Source: Eledone cirrhosa (lineage: Eukaryota). Taken from it: a stretch of DNA of 64,000 nt. This document shows, piece after piece, positions 1 to 18,300 of this stretch; positions within the stretch are counted from its first letter, which is position 1; every line of letters starts with the position of its first letter. The notes beneath the pieces were generated by a model. The model was not told the origin of the DNA and ran no database searches. It saw nothing but the letters and a program-made list of their open reading frames with translations. The stretch lies in the NCBI GenBank assembly GCA_964016885.1, contig OZ024743.1:370760001-370824000 (forward strand), read 5' to 3'. Both the position numbers and the translations under genes were made by a program.

Positions 1-657
1 AAACGAAGCCTGCATGCTCCGATGGATGTGTAACAGTAATATACGTGAACGACAAAGCATAAATGAATTGAGAGAGAGACTGAGCATAAGAGGAATCAAA
101 TGCTGCGTGCAGGAGAGGCGGTTACGCTGGTATGGACATGTGATGCGTATGAAGGATGACAGCTGCATAAAAAGGTGCAGAGCACTAGAAGTTGATGGAA
201 ACCGCGGAGTGGGGAGACCCAAGATGACTTGGGATGAGGTGATAAAAGCCGACCTTACCCAACTACACCTCTCAAAGTCAATGACACACGACCGTGACTT
301 CTGGCGTCACGCAGTAATACAGGGTACCCGACCTCCCATGGGTACATGCTGAAGCATATAAACAATATGCCCCCCCCCCCCCCACCGCAAGGTGGTCGTG
401 GAGGTGCCACGGCAAAAAAGCACCCAGCCCACACTGTAAAGTGGACGTGTAGGCGCCACGAAAAAGCACCCAGCACTCACTGTAAATGAGGTTGGTGTTA
501 GGAAGGGCATCCAGCTGTAGAAATCAAGCCAGATCAGTTCCTGTATGAGCAAGGCATGGTCAGCCGACCAGACACTGCCCACAACAGGACAACCCGTCTA
601 ACCCATGCTAGCGTGGAAGAACGGACGTAAAACGGTGATGATGATGATGATGATGAT
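1..657 (+). mobile_element. RTE LINE 3' end
   Basis: MLRWMC..RRLRWYGHVMRM..RGVGRPKMTW C-terminus, 3' UTR with internal repeats, and (GAT)n tail. Confidence 0.92.
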
Positions 658-1825
<1,168 letters not shown>

Positions 1826-2076
1826 TCAGGTTTGAGGTTCACCACTGGATAGAGCTGGTCAATTCCGTGTGGTCAATCTCAATGTAATAATATAGAGAGT
1901 ACTCAACGTAAAGCAGTTCAACCGTCTTCGTTTGTGTAGTTGGTGGTTCTAGTACGGAGTTAAATATTATAATGAAATGACAGGAGGTTTATTATACTAT
2001 GATCATTTCAATGAAATGATCATAGTATAATAAACCTTTCAAGGATTTACACAAGTCCAGCCTCCTCTCATTTCAT

Positions 2077-2151
<75 letters not shown>

Positions 2152-2714
2152 CATATATATATAAATACATATATATATACACATACATATATAAATATAT
2201 TATTCAAAATATTAATAACTGAAAAATATTGTCATAATCAAAATATATATTTTATTATATATATTTCAAAGGTACAATGGTGTTTCAGTACGTTTTCTGA
2301 AATATGTATAATAAAATATATATTTGGATTATGATAATATTTTTCAGTTATTAATATTTTGAATATTAAATACTCTAGAACATTTTTTTACTGTCGAGTG
2401 CTTCTAATCTATTGTAAAATTGTATTGAATAATAAAAGAACCATATAATTCTTTGGTTATATATATATATATTAATTCAAAATATTAACAAAATAGATAT
2501 TCTTGTGATCAAGTATATTTTATTATATATATTTCATATATATATATTTCATGAAATATGTATAATAAAATATACTTGATCACAAGAATATCTATTTTGT
2601 TAATATTTTGAATTAATATTAATAACTCTGGAAAACCTTTTAGCTGTTGAGTGCTTCCAATCTATTGTAAAACTCATTCTTTGATGTATTCATTGAACCT
2701 TGTTTAACTTTTAA

Positions 2715-2751
<37 letters not shown>

Positions 2752-2909
2752 CATACACAGAGCTTGTACCATTGAAACAAACAGCAAATTAGCCACTTAG
2801 CTTTGCCATAGAGGAGGAGAATCACATAATCATAATGCCTACGTAGAAGTTTCTAATGTGTGGAGTATGAAGCTGAACAATGAGTTTAAGTAGTAACTCC
2901 CTATCTATG

Positions 2910-2944
<35 letters not shown>

Positions 2945-3089
2945 TTACTGACATATATACATACACCTGTACATACACACACACACACACACAGGGCCTC
3001 TCTAAAGCTGGTACCAGTAAACGGTGGGTTTTGTGTGAAAGAGTCACAATTGGTTCGTTAATTCACTAGGTTAGTTGGCTAGGGTATAT

Positions 3090-3257
3090 TCAGCTAGCCA
3101 CTTGTGCAGAAACCTCTGATAATGGCAGTACACGGTTCAACTGGCTGTAACACTGCATGCAGACTGGTGCATGACGCTTTGGGAAATGGCCTGGCAGTGG
3201 TAGATGGGCAGCAATACAACGGGTACAGAACACCTCACCGCATCTCCAACAATGGTA
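3090..3257 (-). CDS. MTMR6: MTMR6/7/8-like terminal exon: C-half of FYVE domain and stop
   Basis: YHCWRCGEVFCTRCIAAHLPLPGHFPKRHAPVCMQCYSQLNRVLPLSEVSAQVAS*. TTTCAG acceptor; joins in frame to KK of the previous exon to complete 8 Zn-ligand cysteines. Confidence 0.9.
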   Translation of the reverse strand, partial: YHCWRCGEVFCTRCIAAHLPLPGHFPKRHAPVCMQCYSQLNRVLPLSEVSAQVAS

Positions 3258-3379
3258 CTGAAATATAAACACATACATATAAACATAGTACAAAATGAAG
3301 AAAGAATCATATAATAGCAAAGAAAAAGAATTTCATCAGCATATAACACACTACTACACGATTCAGAATACAATACATA

Positions 3380-6300
3380 TCACACTGTACCCTAAAAACC
3401 AGATCACAGTAACCTACACACCACACCACAGTACCCTACATACCACAGTACCCTACACAACACATCACTGTACCCTATACCCCACACCACAGTACTCTAC
3501 ACACCACATTACTGTACCCTATATGCCACAGTACCCTACACACCACATCACTGTACCCTATACCCCACACCACTGAACACTACACCTCAAACCACTGTAC
3601 CCTACACACCACACCACAGTACTCTACACACCACACCACTGTACCCTACACACCAAACCACTGTACCCTACACACCACACCACAGTACCCTACACACCAC
3701 ATCACTGTACCCTATACCCCACACACCACACCACAGTACCCTACACCAGTGGTCGCCAAACTTTCTAAAACCGAGGAACCCTCTAAATATTTTGAATTCT
3801 TCACGGAACCTATACAATACAAAACTTTTCAAAAAAAATAATGAAGTATTTATTTATTTTAGTGTTTCATGCGTGTGTATGTAATCGAACACAATTAACT
3901 AGTGGCTTTTCTGCTGCTGCGCCTCATCAGTGAGTTTAGAAAATCGAGGTTCAACACTAGTTAATGCCAGTCTCGTCAATTGCTGACAGTTTATTCCTCT
4001 TCTTTGTGCAGATTTCTACCAACTGCGAAAACCCTTTTTCGCACAAGTAGCGAGATGGGAATAAAGTCAAATATTTCAATGCAAGTTGGCTGATTTCATT
4101 AAACTCCCCAATCAAGAATAAGTCGATCCATAGTTCTTTCTTTCTGCTTTCGAATATCACTTTCAGGTCTTCGTTTGAATTCAAATCCATCAACTGATGT
4201 AAGCATTGTGCACGTAGTAAATTTTTACAATTTCCAGCGTCATTTTCTGACACTAACTGCTCGATCTCGGTGAATGGGTTTTTATCCATAAATTTCCGCT
4301 AACAATATCTTTTTCCATCAAGTCAAAATAATCTGAAAAACTTGTGGAAAGCACATTTAAATGAGAAAGAATAATCTTCTTTAGATTGCTGGAGTCAAAA
4401 TCTTCTCTCTTTTTAAGCTCTATTTCAAGGTTTGAAAGTAATGAGTAATTGTCCGATTCAATTCTTTTTATAAAGATGTTTAATTTTGATTGAAAATATG
4501 TATTCAAATTGATTGAAGTAAAAATATCTGCATTGTTACCCTGAAGGCACTTATTTAGTTTTTTCAGTTCACCAAAAATGTCTACTAAATAAGCGAGTTG
4601 CACATTCCATTCATTGGTTTCTAATACACTTGCTCTTTCATCATTGTTTTTTTAGAAAAACTATTATTTCTTCTCTCAGTTCAAAAACTCTCTTCATAGC
4701 ATCCCCAAAAGACAGCCAACGCACATCATTGTTCAATAACAATCTATTATAATTACTTCCAGAAGATTCACAAATAGATTAAAACATTCTAGAATTTTTT
4801 GCTCTTGCATGGATCAATTTGATAATTTTGACAATGTCTTTCAGCTGGTCATTTAATATTTGAGCATCTCTGTCTTTGAATTTTTTTTTAACACAAAACC
4901 TCTCGATGAATCATACAATGATTTGAAATACAATTTGGGGTCTATTCTTTAATTTTTGCAATCAAACCAGAATTTTTACCAGTCATTGCAGCCGCTCCAT
5001 CTGTTGTTATTGAAGTCAACTTGCTCCAAGATACACCATTTTTTTAAAAATACTCTTCAATTTTATTGAATATATCTTGACCTTTAGTTGTGATGTCTAA
5101 TACCAGACAAAACAAATACTCTTCTACTAATTCTTTTTTATCAAGGTCTACAAACCGTACATAGCAAATTAATTGAGCCTTGTTATTAATATCCGTAGTT
5201 TCGTCCACTTGCAGACCAAAACATGTGCTTTTCTTTAGTGCAGTTAGTATCTGATTTTCTATATCAGAAGAAATATCAATTATCCTTCTTTTTACAGTAT
5301 TTGCTAACAATGGTAACTGGCTTAGTTTTTCTTTGTCCTTAATACTGCAGCTTTCAAAAAGATTCTCTGTAGCAATTTTTATACTTGGCAGAATTAACTG
5401 TTCTCCTAATGTAAATGGTTTCTTGTTTTTACCAATCAAATGTGAAATCTAAAAAGATGTTCTTGTTAAAGCTTTATTTCTATCTGACTTTTTACAAAAC
5501 AAGTCATACATATTAGCTTGTGATTTGTTGATGTTGTTTTTCAGCGAAGTAAAGTGACTTATTTTTATCATTGGTGTGATTAGTATCAAGGTGTCTTTTA
5601 AGTTTTGCAGGATTTAAACAGCTATTTGATAGAACTTTTGAACATAGCAAACACATGGGCTGATCTGGTGTATCATTTTTAGTGTCAGCTTTTTGAAATC
5701 CATATCTAACATAATCATCACACCACTGTCTAACCTTACTGCAGGTATCTAACTTCAGCTTCTTTGCAGTAGACATCATATCAATGGTATTTATCTACAG
5801 TTAAACTTTCTATACACCACACCTCTGTACACTACACACCATACCACAGTACCCTACACACCACACCACAGTACCTACACACCACACCACAGTACTCTAC
5901 ACACCACACCACAGTACCCTACACACCACACCACAGTACCTACACACCACACCACAGTAACCTACACACCACACCACAGTACTCTACACACCACACCACA
6001 GTACCCTACACACCACACCACAGTACTCTACACACCACACCACAGTACCCTACACACCACACCACAGTACCTACACACCACACCACAGTACCCTACACAC
6101 CACACAACTGTACCCTATATACCACGCCACTGTACCCTACACACCAGACCACTGTACCCTACACACCACACCACTGTACCCTACACACCACACCACAGTA
6201 CCCTACACACCACACCACTGTACCCTACACACCACACCACAGTACCTACACACCACACCACAGTACCCTACACACCACACCACTGTACCCTACACACCAC

Positions 6301-9300
6301 ACCACAGTACCTACACACCACACCACAGTACCCTACACACCACACCACTGTACCCTATATACCACGCCACTGTACCCTACACAACACACCACTGTACCCT
6401 ACACACCACCACTGTACCCTACACACCACACCACAGTACCCTACACACCACACCACTGTACCCTTCACACCACACCACAGTACTCTACACACCACACCAC
6501 AGTACCCTACACACCACACCACAGTACCCTACACACCACACCACTGTACCCTTCACACCAGACTACAGTACCCTACACACCACACCACTGTACCCTACAC
6601 ACCACACCACTGTACCCTACACACCACACCACAGTACCCTACACACCACACCACTGTACCCTTCACACCACACCACAGTACTCTACACACCACACCACAG
6701 TACCCTACACACCACACCACTGTACCCTTCACACCACACCACAGTACTCTACACACCACACCACAGTACCCTACACACCACACCACTGTACCCTTCACAC
6801 AACACCACTGTACCCTTCACACCACACCACAGTACCCTACACACCACACCACTGTACCCTACACACCACACCACAGTACCCTTCACACCAGACCACTGTA
6901 CCCTATATACCACGCCACTGTACCCTACAAACCAGACCACTGTACCCTACAAACCTGACCACTGTACCCTACACACCACACCACACCACAGTACCCTACA
7001 CACCACACCACAGTACCCTACACACCACACCACTGTACCCTTCCCACCACACCATAGTATCCTTCACACCAGACCACTGTACCCTATATACCACGCCCCT
7101 GTACCCTACAAACCACACCACTGTACCCTTCCCACTTCACCACAGTACCCTACAAACCTGACCACTGTACCCTACACACCACACCACAGTACTCTACACA
7201 CCACACCACAGTACCCTTCACACCATACCACTGTACCCTACACACCACACTACAGTACCCTACACACCACACCATACCACAGTACCCTTCACACCAGACC
7301 ACTGTACCTACACATCACACCACAGTACCCTTCACACCACACCACTGTACCCTACACACCACACCACTGTACCTACACATCACACCACTGTACCCTTCAC
7401 ACCACACCACAGTACCCTACACACCACACTACAGTACCCTACACACCACACCACAGTACCCTACACACCACACCACAGTACCTACACACCACCACAGTAC
7501 CCTACACACCAGACCACTGTACCTACACACCACACCACAGTACCCTACACACCACACCACAGTACCCTTCACACCACACCACTGTACCCTACACACCACA
7601 CCACAGTACCCTATATACCACACCACAGTACCCTACACACCACACCACAGTACCCTACACACCACACTACAGTACCCTACACACCACACCACTGTACCCT
7701 ACACACCACACCACTACCCTACACGCCACACCACTGTACCCTACACACCACACCATAGTACCCTACACACCACGCCACACCACTGTACCCTACACACCAC
7801 ACCACTGTACCCTACACAACACACCACTGTACCCTACACACCACACCACTGTACCCTACACACCACACCACAGTACCCTACACACCACACCACTGTACCC
7901 TTCACACTACACCACAGTACTCTACACACCACAGTACTCTACACACCACACCACTGTACCCTTCACACTACACCACAGTACTCTACACACCACAGTACCC
8001 TACACACCACACCACTGTACCCTTCACACCACACCACAGTACCCTACACACCACACCACTGTACCCTTCACACTACACCACAGTACTCTACACACCACAG
8101 TACTCTACACACCACACCACTGTACCCTTCACACTACACCACAGTACTCTACACACCACAGTACCCTACACACCACACCACTGTACCCTTCACACCACAC
8201 CACAGTACCCTACACACGACACCACTGTACCCTTCACACTACACCACAGTACTCTACACACCACAGTACCCTACACACCACACCACTGTACCCTTCACAC
8301 TACACCACAGTACTCTACACACCACAGTACTCTACACACCACACCACTGTACCCTTCACACTACACCACAGTACTCTACACACCACAGTACCCTACACAC
8401 CACACCACTGTACCCTTCACACCACACCACAGTACCCTACACACCACACCACTGTACCCTTCACACTACACCACAGTACTCTACACACCACAGTACCCTA
8501 CACACCACACCACTGTACCCTTCACACCACACCACAGTACCCTACACACCACACCACTGTACCCTACACACCACACCACAGTACCCTACACACCACACCA
8601 CTGTACCCTTCACACTACACCACAGTACTCTACACACCACAGTACTCTACACACCACACCACTGTACCCTTCACACTACACCACAGTACTCTACACACCA
8701 CAGTACTCTACACACCACACCACTGTACCCTTCACACTACACCACAGTACTCTACACACCACAGTACCCTACACACCACACCACTGTACCCTTCACACCA
8801 CACCACTGTACCCTACACAACACACCACTGTACCCTACACACCACACCACTGTACCCTACACACCACACCACAGTACCCTACACACCACACCACTGTACC
8901 CTTCACACTACACCACAGTACTCTACACACCACAGTACCCTACACACCACACCACTGTACCCTTCACACCACACCACAGTACTCTACACACCACAGTACC
9001 CTACACACCACACCACAGTACCCTACACACCACACCACAGTACCCTACACACCACACCACAGTACTCTACACACCACACCACAGTACCCTACACACCACA
9101 CCACTGTACCCTTCACACCACACCACAGTACTCTACACACCACACCACAGTACCCTACACACCACACCACTGTACCCTACACACCACACCACAGTACCCT
9201 ACACACCACACAGTACCCTACACACCACACCACAGTACCCTACACACCACACCACTGTACCCTACACACCACACCACTGTACCCTTCACACCACACCACA

Positions 9301-12300
9301 GTACTCTACACACCACACCACAGTACCCTACACACCACACCACTGTACCCTTCACACCACACCTCAGTACTCTACACACCACACCACAGTACTCTACACA
9401 CCACACCACTGTACCCTACACACCACACCACTGTACCCTACACACCACACCACAGTACCCTACACACCACACCACAGTACCCTACACACCACACCACAGT
9501 ACCCTACACACCACAGTACCCTACACACCACACCACAGTACCCTACACACCACAGTACCCTACACACCACACCACAGTACTCTACACACCACACCACAGT
9601 ACCCTACACACCACACCACTGTACACTACACACCACACAACACCACTGTATCCTACACACCACACCACTGTACCCTACACACCACACCACAGTACCCTAC
9701 ACACCACACCACAGTACCCTACACACCACACCACTGTACCCTACACACCACACAACACCACTGTATCCTACACACCACACCACTGTACCCTACACACCAC
9801 ACCACAGTACCCTACACACCACACCACAGTACCCTACACACCACACCACAGTACTCTACACACCACACCACAGTACTCTACACACCACACCACTGTACCC
9901 TACACACCACACAACACCACTGTATCCTACACACCACACCACTGTACCCTACACACCACACCACAGTACCCTACACACCACACCACAGTACCCTACACAC
10001 CACACCACAGTACTCTACACACCACACCACAGTACTCTACACACCACACCACAGTACCCTACACACCACACCACAGTACTCTACACACCACACCACTGTA
10101 CCCTACACACCACACAACACCACTGTATCCTACACACCACACCACTGTACCCTTCATACCACACCACAGTACTCTACATACCACACCACTGTACCCTTCA
10201 CACCACACCACAGTACCCTACACACCACACCACAGTACTCTACACACCACACCACAGTACTCTACACACCACACCACAGTACTCTACACACCACACCACT
10301 GTACCCTTCACACCACACCACAGTACCCTACACACCACACCACAGTACTCTACACACCACACCACAGTACTCTACACACCACACCACAGTACTCTACACA
10401 CCACACCACTGTACCCTTCACACCACACCACAGTACCCTTCACACCAGACCACAGTACTCTACACACCACACCACAGTACCCTACACACCACACCACTGT
10501 ACCCTACACAACACACCACTGTACCCTACAAACCAGACCACTGTACCCTACACACCACCACAGTACCCTACACACCACACCACAGTACCCTACACACCAC
10601 ACCACTGTACCCTTCCCACCAGACCACTGTACTCTACACACCACACCACAGTACTCTACACACCACACCACAGTACCCTTCACACCATACCACTGTACCC
10701 TACACACCACACTACAGTACCCTACACACCACACCATACCACAGTACCCTTCACACCACACCACTGTACCTACACATCACACCACTGTACCCTTCACACC
10801 ACACCACAGTACCCTACACACCACACTACAGTACCCTACACACCACACCACTGTACCCTACACACCACACTACCCTACACATCACACCACAGTACCCTAT
10901 ACACCACACCACAGTACCCTACACACCACACCACAGTACCTACACACCACCACAGTACCCTACACACCAGACCACTGTACCTACACACCACACCACAGTA
11001 CCCTACACACCACACCACAGTACCCTTCACACCACACCACTGTACCCTACACACCACACCACAGTACCCTACACACCACACCACAGTACCCTACACACAC
11101 CACTGTACCCTTCACACCACACCACAGTACCCTACACACACCACTGTACCCTTCACACCACACCACAGTACCCTACACACCACACCACTGTACCCTTCAC
11201 ACTACACCACAGTACTCTACACACCACAGTACTCTACACACCACACCACTGTACCCTTCACACTACACCACAGTACTCTACACACCACAGTACCCTACAC
11301 ACCACACCACTGTACCCTTCACACCACACCACAGTACTCTACACACCACAGTACCCTACACACCGCACCACAGTACCCTACACACCACACCACAGTACCC
11401 TACACACCACTGTACCCTACACACCACACAGTACCCTACACACCACACCACAGTACCCTACACACCACACCACTGTACCCTACACACCACACCACTGTAC
11501 CCTACACACCACACCACAGTACCCTACACACCACACCACTGTACCCTTCACACCACACCACAGCACTCTACACACCACACCACGGTACCCTACACACCAC
11601 ACCACTGTACCCTTCACACCACACCTCAGTACTCTACACACCACACCACAGTACCCTACACACCACACCACTGTACCCTTCACACCACACCTCAGTACTC
11701 TACACACCACACCACAGTACCCTTCACACCACACCACAGTACTCTACACACCACACCACAGTACTCTACACACCACACCACTGTACCCTACACACCACAC
11801 CACAGTGCCCTACACACCACAGTACCCTACACACCACACCACAGTACCCTACACACCACACCACTGTACCCTACACACCACACCACAGTGCCCTACACAC
11901 CACAGTACCCTACACACCACACCACTGTACCCTACACACCACACCACAGTGCCCTACACACCACAGTACCCTACACACCACACCACAGTACCCTACACAC
12001 CACACCACTGTACCCTACACACCACACCACAGTGCCCTACACACCACAGTACCCTACACACCACACCACAGTACCCTACACACCACACCACTGTACCCTA
12101 CACACCACACCACAGTGCCCTACACACCACACCACTGTACCCTACACACCACACCACAGTGCCCTACACACCACAGTACCCTACACACCACACCACAGTA
12201 CCCTACACACCACACCACTGTACCCTACACACCGCACCACAGTGCCCTACACACCACAGTACCCTACACACCACACCACTGTACCCTACACACCACACCA

Positions 12301-15300
12301 CAGTGCCCTACACACCACAGTACCCTACACACCACACCACAGTACCCTACACACCACACCACAGTGCCCTACACACCACACCACTGTACCCTACACACCA
12401 CACCACAATGCCCTACACACCACAGTACCCTACACACCACACCACAGTACCCTACACACCACACCACTGTACCCTACACACCACACCACAGTGCCCTACA
12501 CACCACAGTACCCTACACACCACACCACTGTACCCTACACACCACACCACAGTGCCCTACACACCACAGTACCCTACACACCACACCACAGTACTCTACA
12601 CACCACACCACTGTACCCTACACACCACACCACAGTGCCCTACACACCACAGTACCCTACACACCACACCACAGTAACCTACACACCACACCACTGTACC
12701 CTACACACCACACCACAGTGCCCTACACACCACAGTACCCTACACACCACACCACTGTACCCTACACACCACACCACAGTACTCTACACACCACACCACA
12801 GTACTCTACACACCACACCACTGTACCCTACACACCACACCACAGTGCCCTACACACCACACCACAGTGCCCTACACACCACACCACAGTGCCCTACACA
12901 CCACACCACAGTGCCCTACACACCACAGTACCCTACACACCACACCACAGTACCCTACACACCACACCACAGTGCCCTACACACCACACCACTGTACCCT
13001 ACACACCACACCACAGTACTCTGCACACCACACCACAGTACTCTACACACCACACCACTGTACCCTACACACCACACCAGTGCCCTACACACCACACCAC
13101 AGTGCCCTACACACCACACCACAGTGCCCTACACACCACAGTACCCTACACACCACACCACAGTACCCTACACACCACACCACAGTGCCCTACACACCAC
13201 ACCACTGTACCCTACACACCACACCACAGTGCCCTACACACCACAGTACCCTACACACCACACCACAGTACCCTACACACCACACCACTGTACCCTACAC
13301 ACCACACCACAGTGCCCTACACACCACAGTACCCTACACACCACACCACAGTACTCTACACACCACACCACAGTACTCTACACACCACACCACTGTACCC
13401 TACACACCACACCACTGTACCCTACACACCACACCACAGTACCCTACACACCACACCACAGTGCCCTACACACCACAGTACCCTACACACCACACCACAG
13501 TACTCTACACACCACACTACAGTACCCTACACACCACACCACTGTACACTACACACCACACAACACCACTGTATCCTACACACCACACCACTGTACCCTA
13601 CACACCACACCACAGTACCCTACACACCACACCACAGTACTCTACACACCACACCACAGTACCCTACACACCACACCACAGTACCCTACACACCACACCA
13701 CAGTACTCTACACACCACACCACAGTACCCTACACACCACACCACAGTACCCTACACACCACACCACAGTACTCTACACACCACACCACAGTACCCTACA
13801 CACCACACCACAGTACTCTACACACCACACCACAGTACTCTACACACCACACCACTGTACCCTACACACCACACTACAGTACCCTACATACCACACCACT
13901 GTACCCTTCACACCACACCACAGTACCCTACACACCACACCACAGTACTCTACACACCACACCACAGTACTCTACACACCACACCACAGTACTCTACACA
14001 CCACACCACAGTACTCTACACACCACACCACTGTACCCTTCACACCACACCACAGTACCCTACACACCACACCACAGTACTCTACACACCACACCACAGT
14101 ACTCTACACACCACACCACAGTACTCTACACACCACACCACTGTACCCTTCACACCACACCACAGTACCCTTCATACCAGACCACAGTACTCTACACACC
14201 ACACCACAGTACCCTACACACCACACCACTGTACCCTACACAACACACCACTGTACCCTACAAACCAGACCACTGTACCCTACACACCACCACAGTACCC
14301 TACACACCACACCACAGTACCCTACACACCACACCACTGTACCCTTCCCACCAGACCACTGTACTCTACACACCACACCACAGTACCCTTCACACCAGAC
14401 CACTGTACCCTACACACCACACTACAGTACCCTACACACCACACCACAGTACCCTACACACCACACCACAGTACCCTTCACACCAGACCACTGTACTCTA
14501 CACACCACACCACAGTACCCTTCACACCAGACCACTGTACCCTACACACCACACCACAGTACCCTACACACCACACCACTGTACCCTTCCCACCAGACCA
14601 CTGTAGTCTACACACCACACCACAGTACCCTTCACACCAGACCACTGTACCCTACACACCACACTACAGTACCCTACACACCACACCACAGTACCCTTCA
14701 CACCAGACCACTGTACCCTATATACCACGCAACTGTACCCTACAAACCAGACCACTGTACCCTACAAACCTGACCATTGTACCCTACACACCACACCACA
14801 CCACAGTACCCTACACACCACACCACAGTACCCTACACACCACACCACAGTACCCTTCACACCAGACCACTGTACCCTACACACCACACTACAGTACCCT
14901 ACACACCACACCACTGTACCCTTCCCACCACACCATAGTATCCTTCACACCAGACCACTGTACCCTATATACCACGCCCCTGTACCCTACAAACCACACC
15001 ACTGTACCCTTCCCACTTCACCACAGTACCCTACAAACCTGACCACTGTACCCTACACACCACACCACAGTACTCTACACACCACACCACAGTACCCTTC
15101 ACACCATACCACTGTACCCTACACACCACACTACAGTACCCTACACACCACACCATACCACAGTACCCTTCACACCAGACCACTGTACCTACACATCACA
15201 CCACAGTACCCTTCACACCACACCACTGTACCCTACACACCACACCACTGTACCTTACACACCAGACCACTGTACCTACACATCACACCACTGTACACTT

Positions 15301-18300
15301 CACACCACACCACAGTACCCTACACACCGCACTACAGTACCCTACACACCACACCACTGTACCCTACACACCACACTACAGTACCCTACACATCACACCA
15401 CAGTACCCTATACACCACACCACAGTACCCTACACACCACACCACAGTACCTACACACCACCACAGTACCCTACACACCAGACCACTGTACCTACACACC
15501 ACACCACAGTACCCTACACACCACAGTACCTACACACCACACCACAGTACCCTTCACACCACACCACTGTACCCTATACACCACACCACAGTACCCTATA
15601 TACCACACCACAGTACCCTACACACCACACTACAGTACCCTACACACCACACCACTGTACCCTACACACCACACCACTACCCTACACGCCACACCACTGT
15701 AACCTACACACCACAGTACCCTACACACCACGCCACACCACTGTACCCTACACACCACACCACTGTACCCTACACAACACACCACTGTACCCTACACACC
15801 ACACCACTGTACCCTAGACACCACACCACAGTACCCTACACACCACGCCACACCACTGTACCCTACACACCACACCACTGTACCCTACACAACACACCAC
15901 TGTACCCTACACACCACACCACTGTACCCTACACACCACAGTACCCTACACACCACACCACTGTACCCTTCACACTACACCACAGTACTCTACACACCAC
16001 AGTACCCTACACACCACACCACGGTACCCTTCACACCACACCACAGTACTCTACACACCACAGTACCCTACACACCACACCACAGTACCCTACACACCAC
16101 ACCACTGTACCCTTCACACCACACCACAGTACTCTGCACACCACACCACAGTACTCTACACACCACACCACTGTACCCTACACACCACACCAGTGCCCTA
16201 CACACCACACCACAGTGCCCTACACACCACACCACAGTGCCCTACACACCACAGTACCCTACACACCACACCACAGTACCCTACACACCACACCACAGTG
16301 CCCTACACACCACACCACTGTACCCTACACACCACACCACAGTGCCCTACACACCACAGTACCCTACACACCACACCACAGTACCCTACACACCACACCA
16401 CTGTACCCTACACACCACACCACAGTGCCCTACACACCACAGTACCCTACACACCACACCACAGTACTCTACACACCACACCACAGTACTCTACACACCA
16501 CACCACTGTACCCTACACACCACACCACTGTACCCTACACACCACACCACAGTACCCTACACACCACACCACAGTGCCCTACACACCACAGTACCCTACA
16601 CACCACACCACAGTACTCTACACACCACACTACAGTACCCTACACACCACACCACTGTACACTACACACCACACAACACCACTGTATCCTACACACCACA
16701 CCACTGTACCCTACACACCACACCACAGTACCCTACACACCACACCACAGTACTCTACACACCACACCACAGTACCCTACACACCACACCACAGTACCCT
16801 ACACACCACACCACAGTACTCTACACACCACACCACAGTACCCTACACACCACACCACAGTACCCTACACACCACACCACAGTACTCTACACACCACACC
16901 ACAGTACCCTACACACCACACCACAGTACTCTACACACCACACCACAGTACTCTACACACCACACCACTGTACCCTACACACCACACTACAGTACCCTAC
17001 ATACCACACCACTGTACCCTTCACACCACACCACAGTACCCTACACACCACACCACAGTACTCTACACACCACACCACAGTACTCTACACACCACACCAC
17101 AGTACTCTACACACCACACCACAGTACTCTACACACCACACCACTGTACCCTTCACACCACACCACAGTACCCTACACACCACACCACAGTACTCTACAC
17201 ACCACACCACAGTACTCTACACACCACACCACAGTACTCTACACACCACACCACTGTACCCTTCACACCACACCACAGTACCCTTCATACCAGACCACAG
17301 TACTCTACACACCACACCACAGTACCCTACACACCACACCACTGTACCCTACACAACACACCACTGTACCCTACAAACCAGACCACTGTACCCTACACAC
17401 CACCACAGTACCCTACACACCACACCACAGTACCCTACACACCACACCACTGTACCCTTCCCACCAGACCACTGTACTCTACACACCACACCACAGTACC
17501 CTTCACACCAGACCACTGTACCCTACACACCACACTACAGTACCCTACACACCACACCACAGTACCCTACACACCACACCACAGTACCCTTCACACCAGA
17601 CCACTGTACTCTACACACCACACCACAGTACCCTTCACACCAGACCACTGTACCCTACACACCACACCACAGTACCCTACACACCACACCACTGTACCCT
17701 TCCCACCAGACCACTGTAGTCTACACACCACACCACAGTACCCTTCACACCAGACCACTGTACCCTACACACCACACTACAGTACCCTACACACCACACC
17801 ACAGTACCCTTCACACCAGACCACTGTACCCTATATACCACGCAACTGTACCCTACAAACCAGACCACTGTACCCTACAAACCTGACCATTGTACCCTAC
17901 ACACCACACCACACCACAGTACCCTACACACCACACCACAGTACCCTACACACCACACCACAGTACCCTTCACACCAGACCACTGTACCCTACACACCAC
18001 ACTACAGTACCCTACACACCACACCACTGTACCCTTCCCACCACACCATAGTATCCTTCACACCAGACCACTGTACCCTATATACCACGCCCCTGTACCC
18101 TACAAACCACACCACTGTACCCTTCCCACTTCACCACAGTACCCTACAAACCTGACCACTGTACCCTACACACCACACCACAGTACTCTACACACCACAC
18201 CACAGTACCCTTCACACCATACCACTGTACCCTACACACCACACTACAGTACCCTACACACCACACCATACCACAGTACCCTTCACACCAGACCACTGTA

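Noticed and set aside
3957-5779. Domesticated ZBED5/ZBED8-like host gene
   Set aside because: Multiple frameshifts and stops without splice signals, plus a retained TIR, indicate a dead transposon.
11805-18155. Long His/Thr/Pro-rich ORFs (up to 975 aa) in all three + frames
   Set aside because: Artefact of a stop-free 22-bp repeat: 22 mod 3 = 1, so every frame gives the same peptide. Most start at GTG within the repeat, and they are antisense within an intron.
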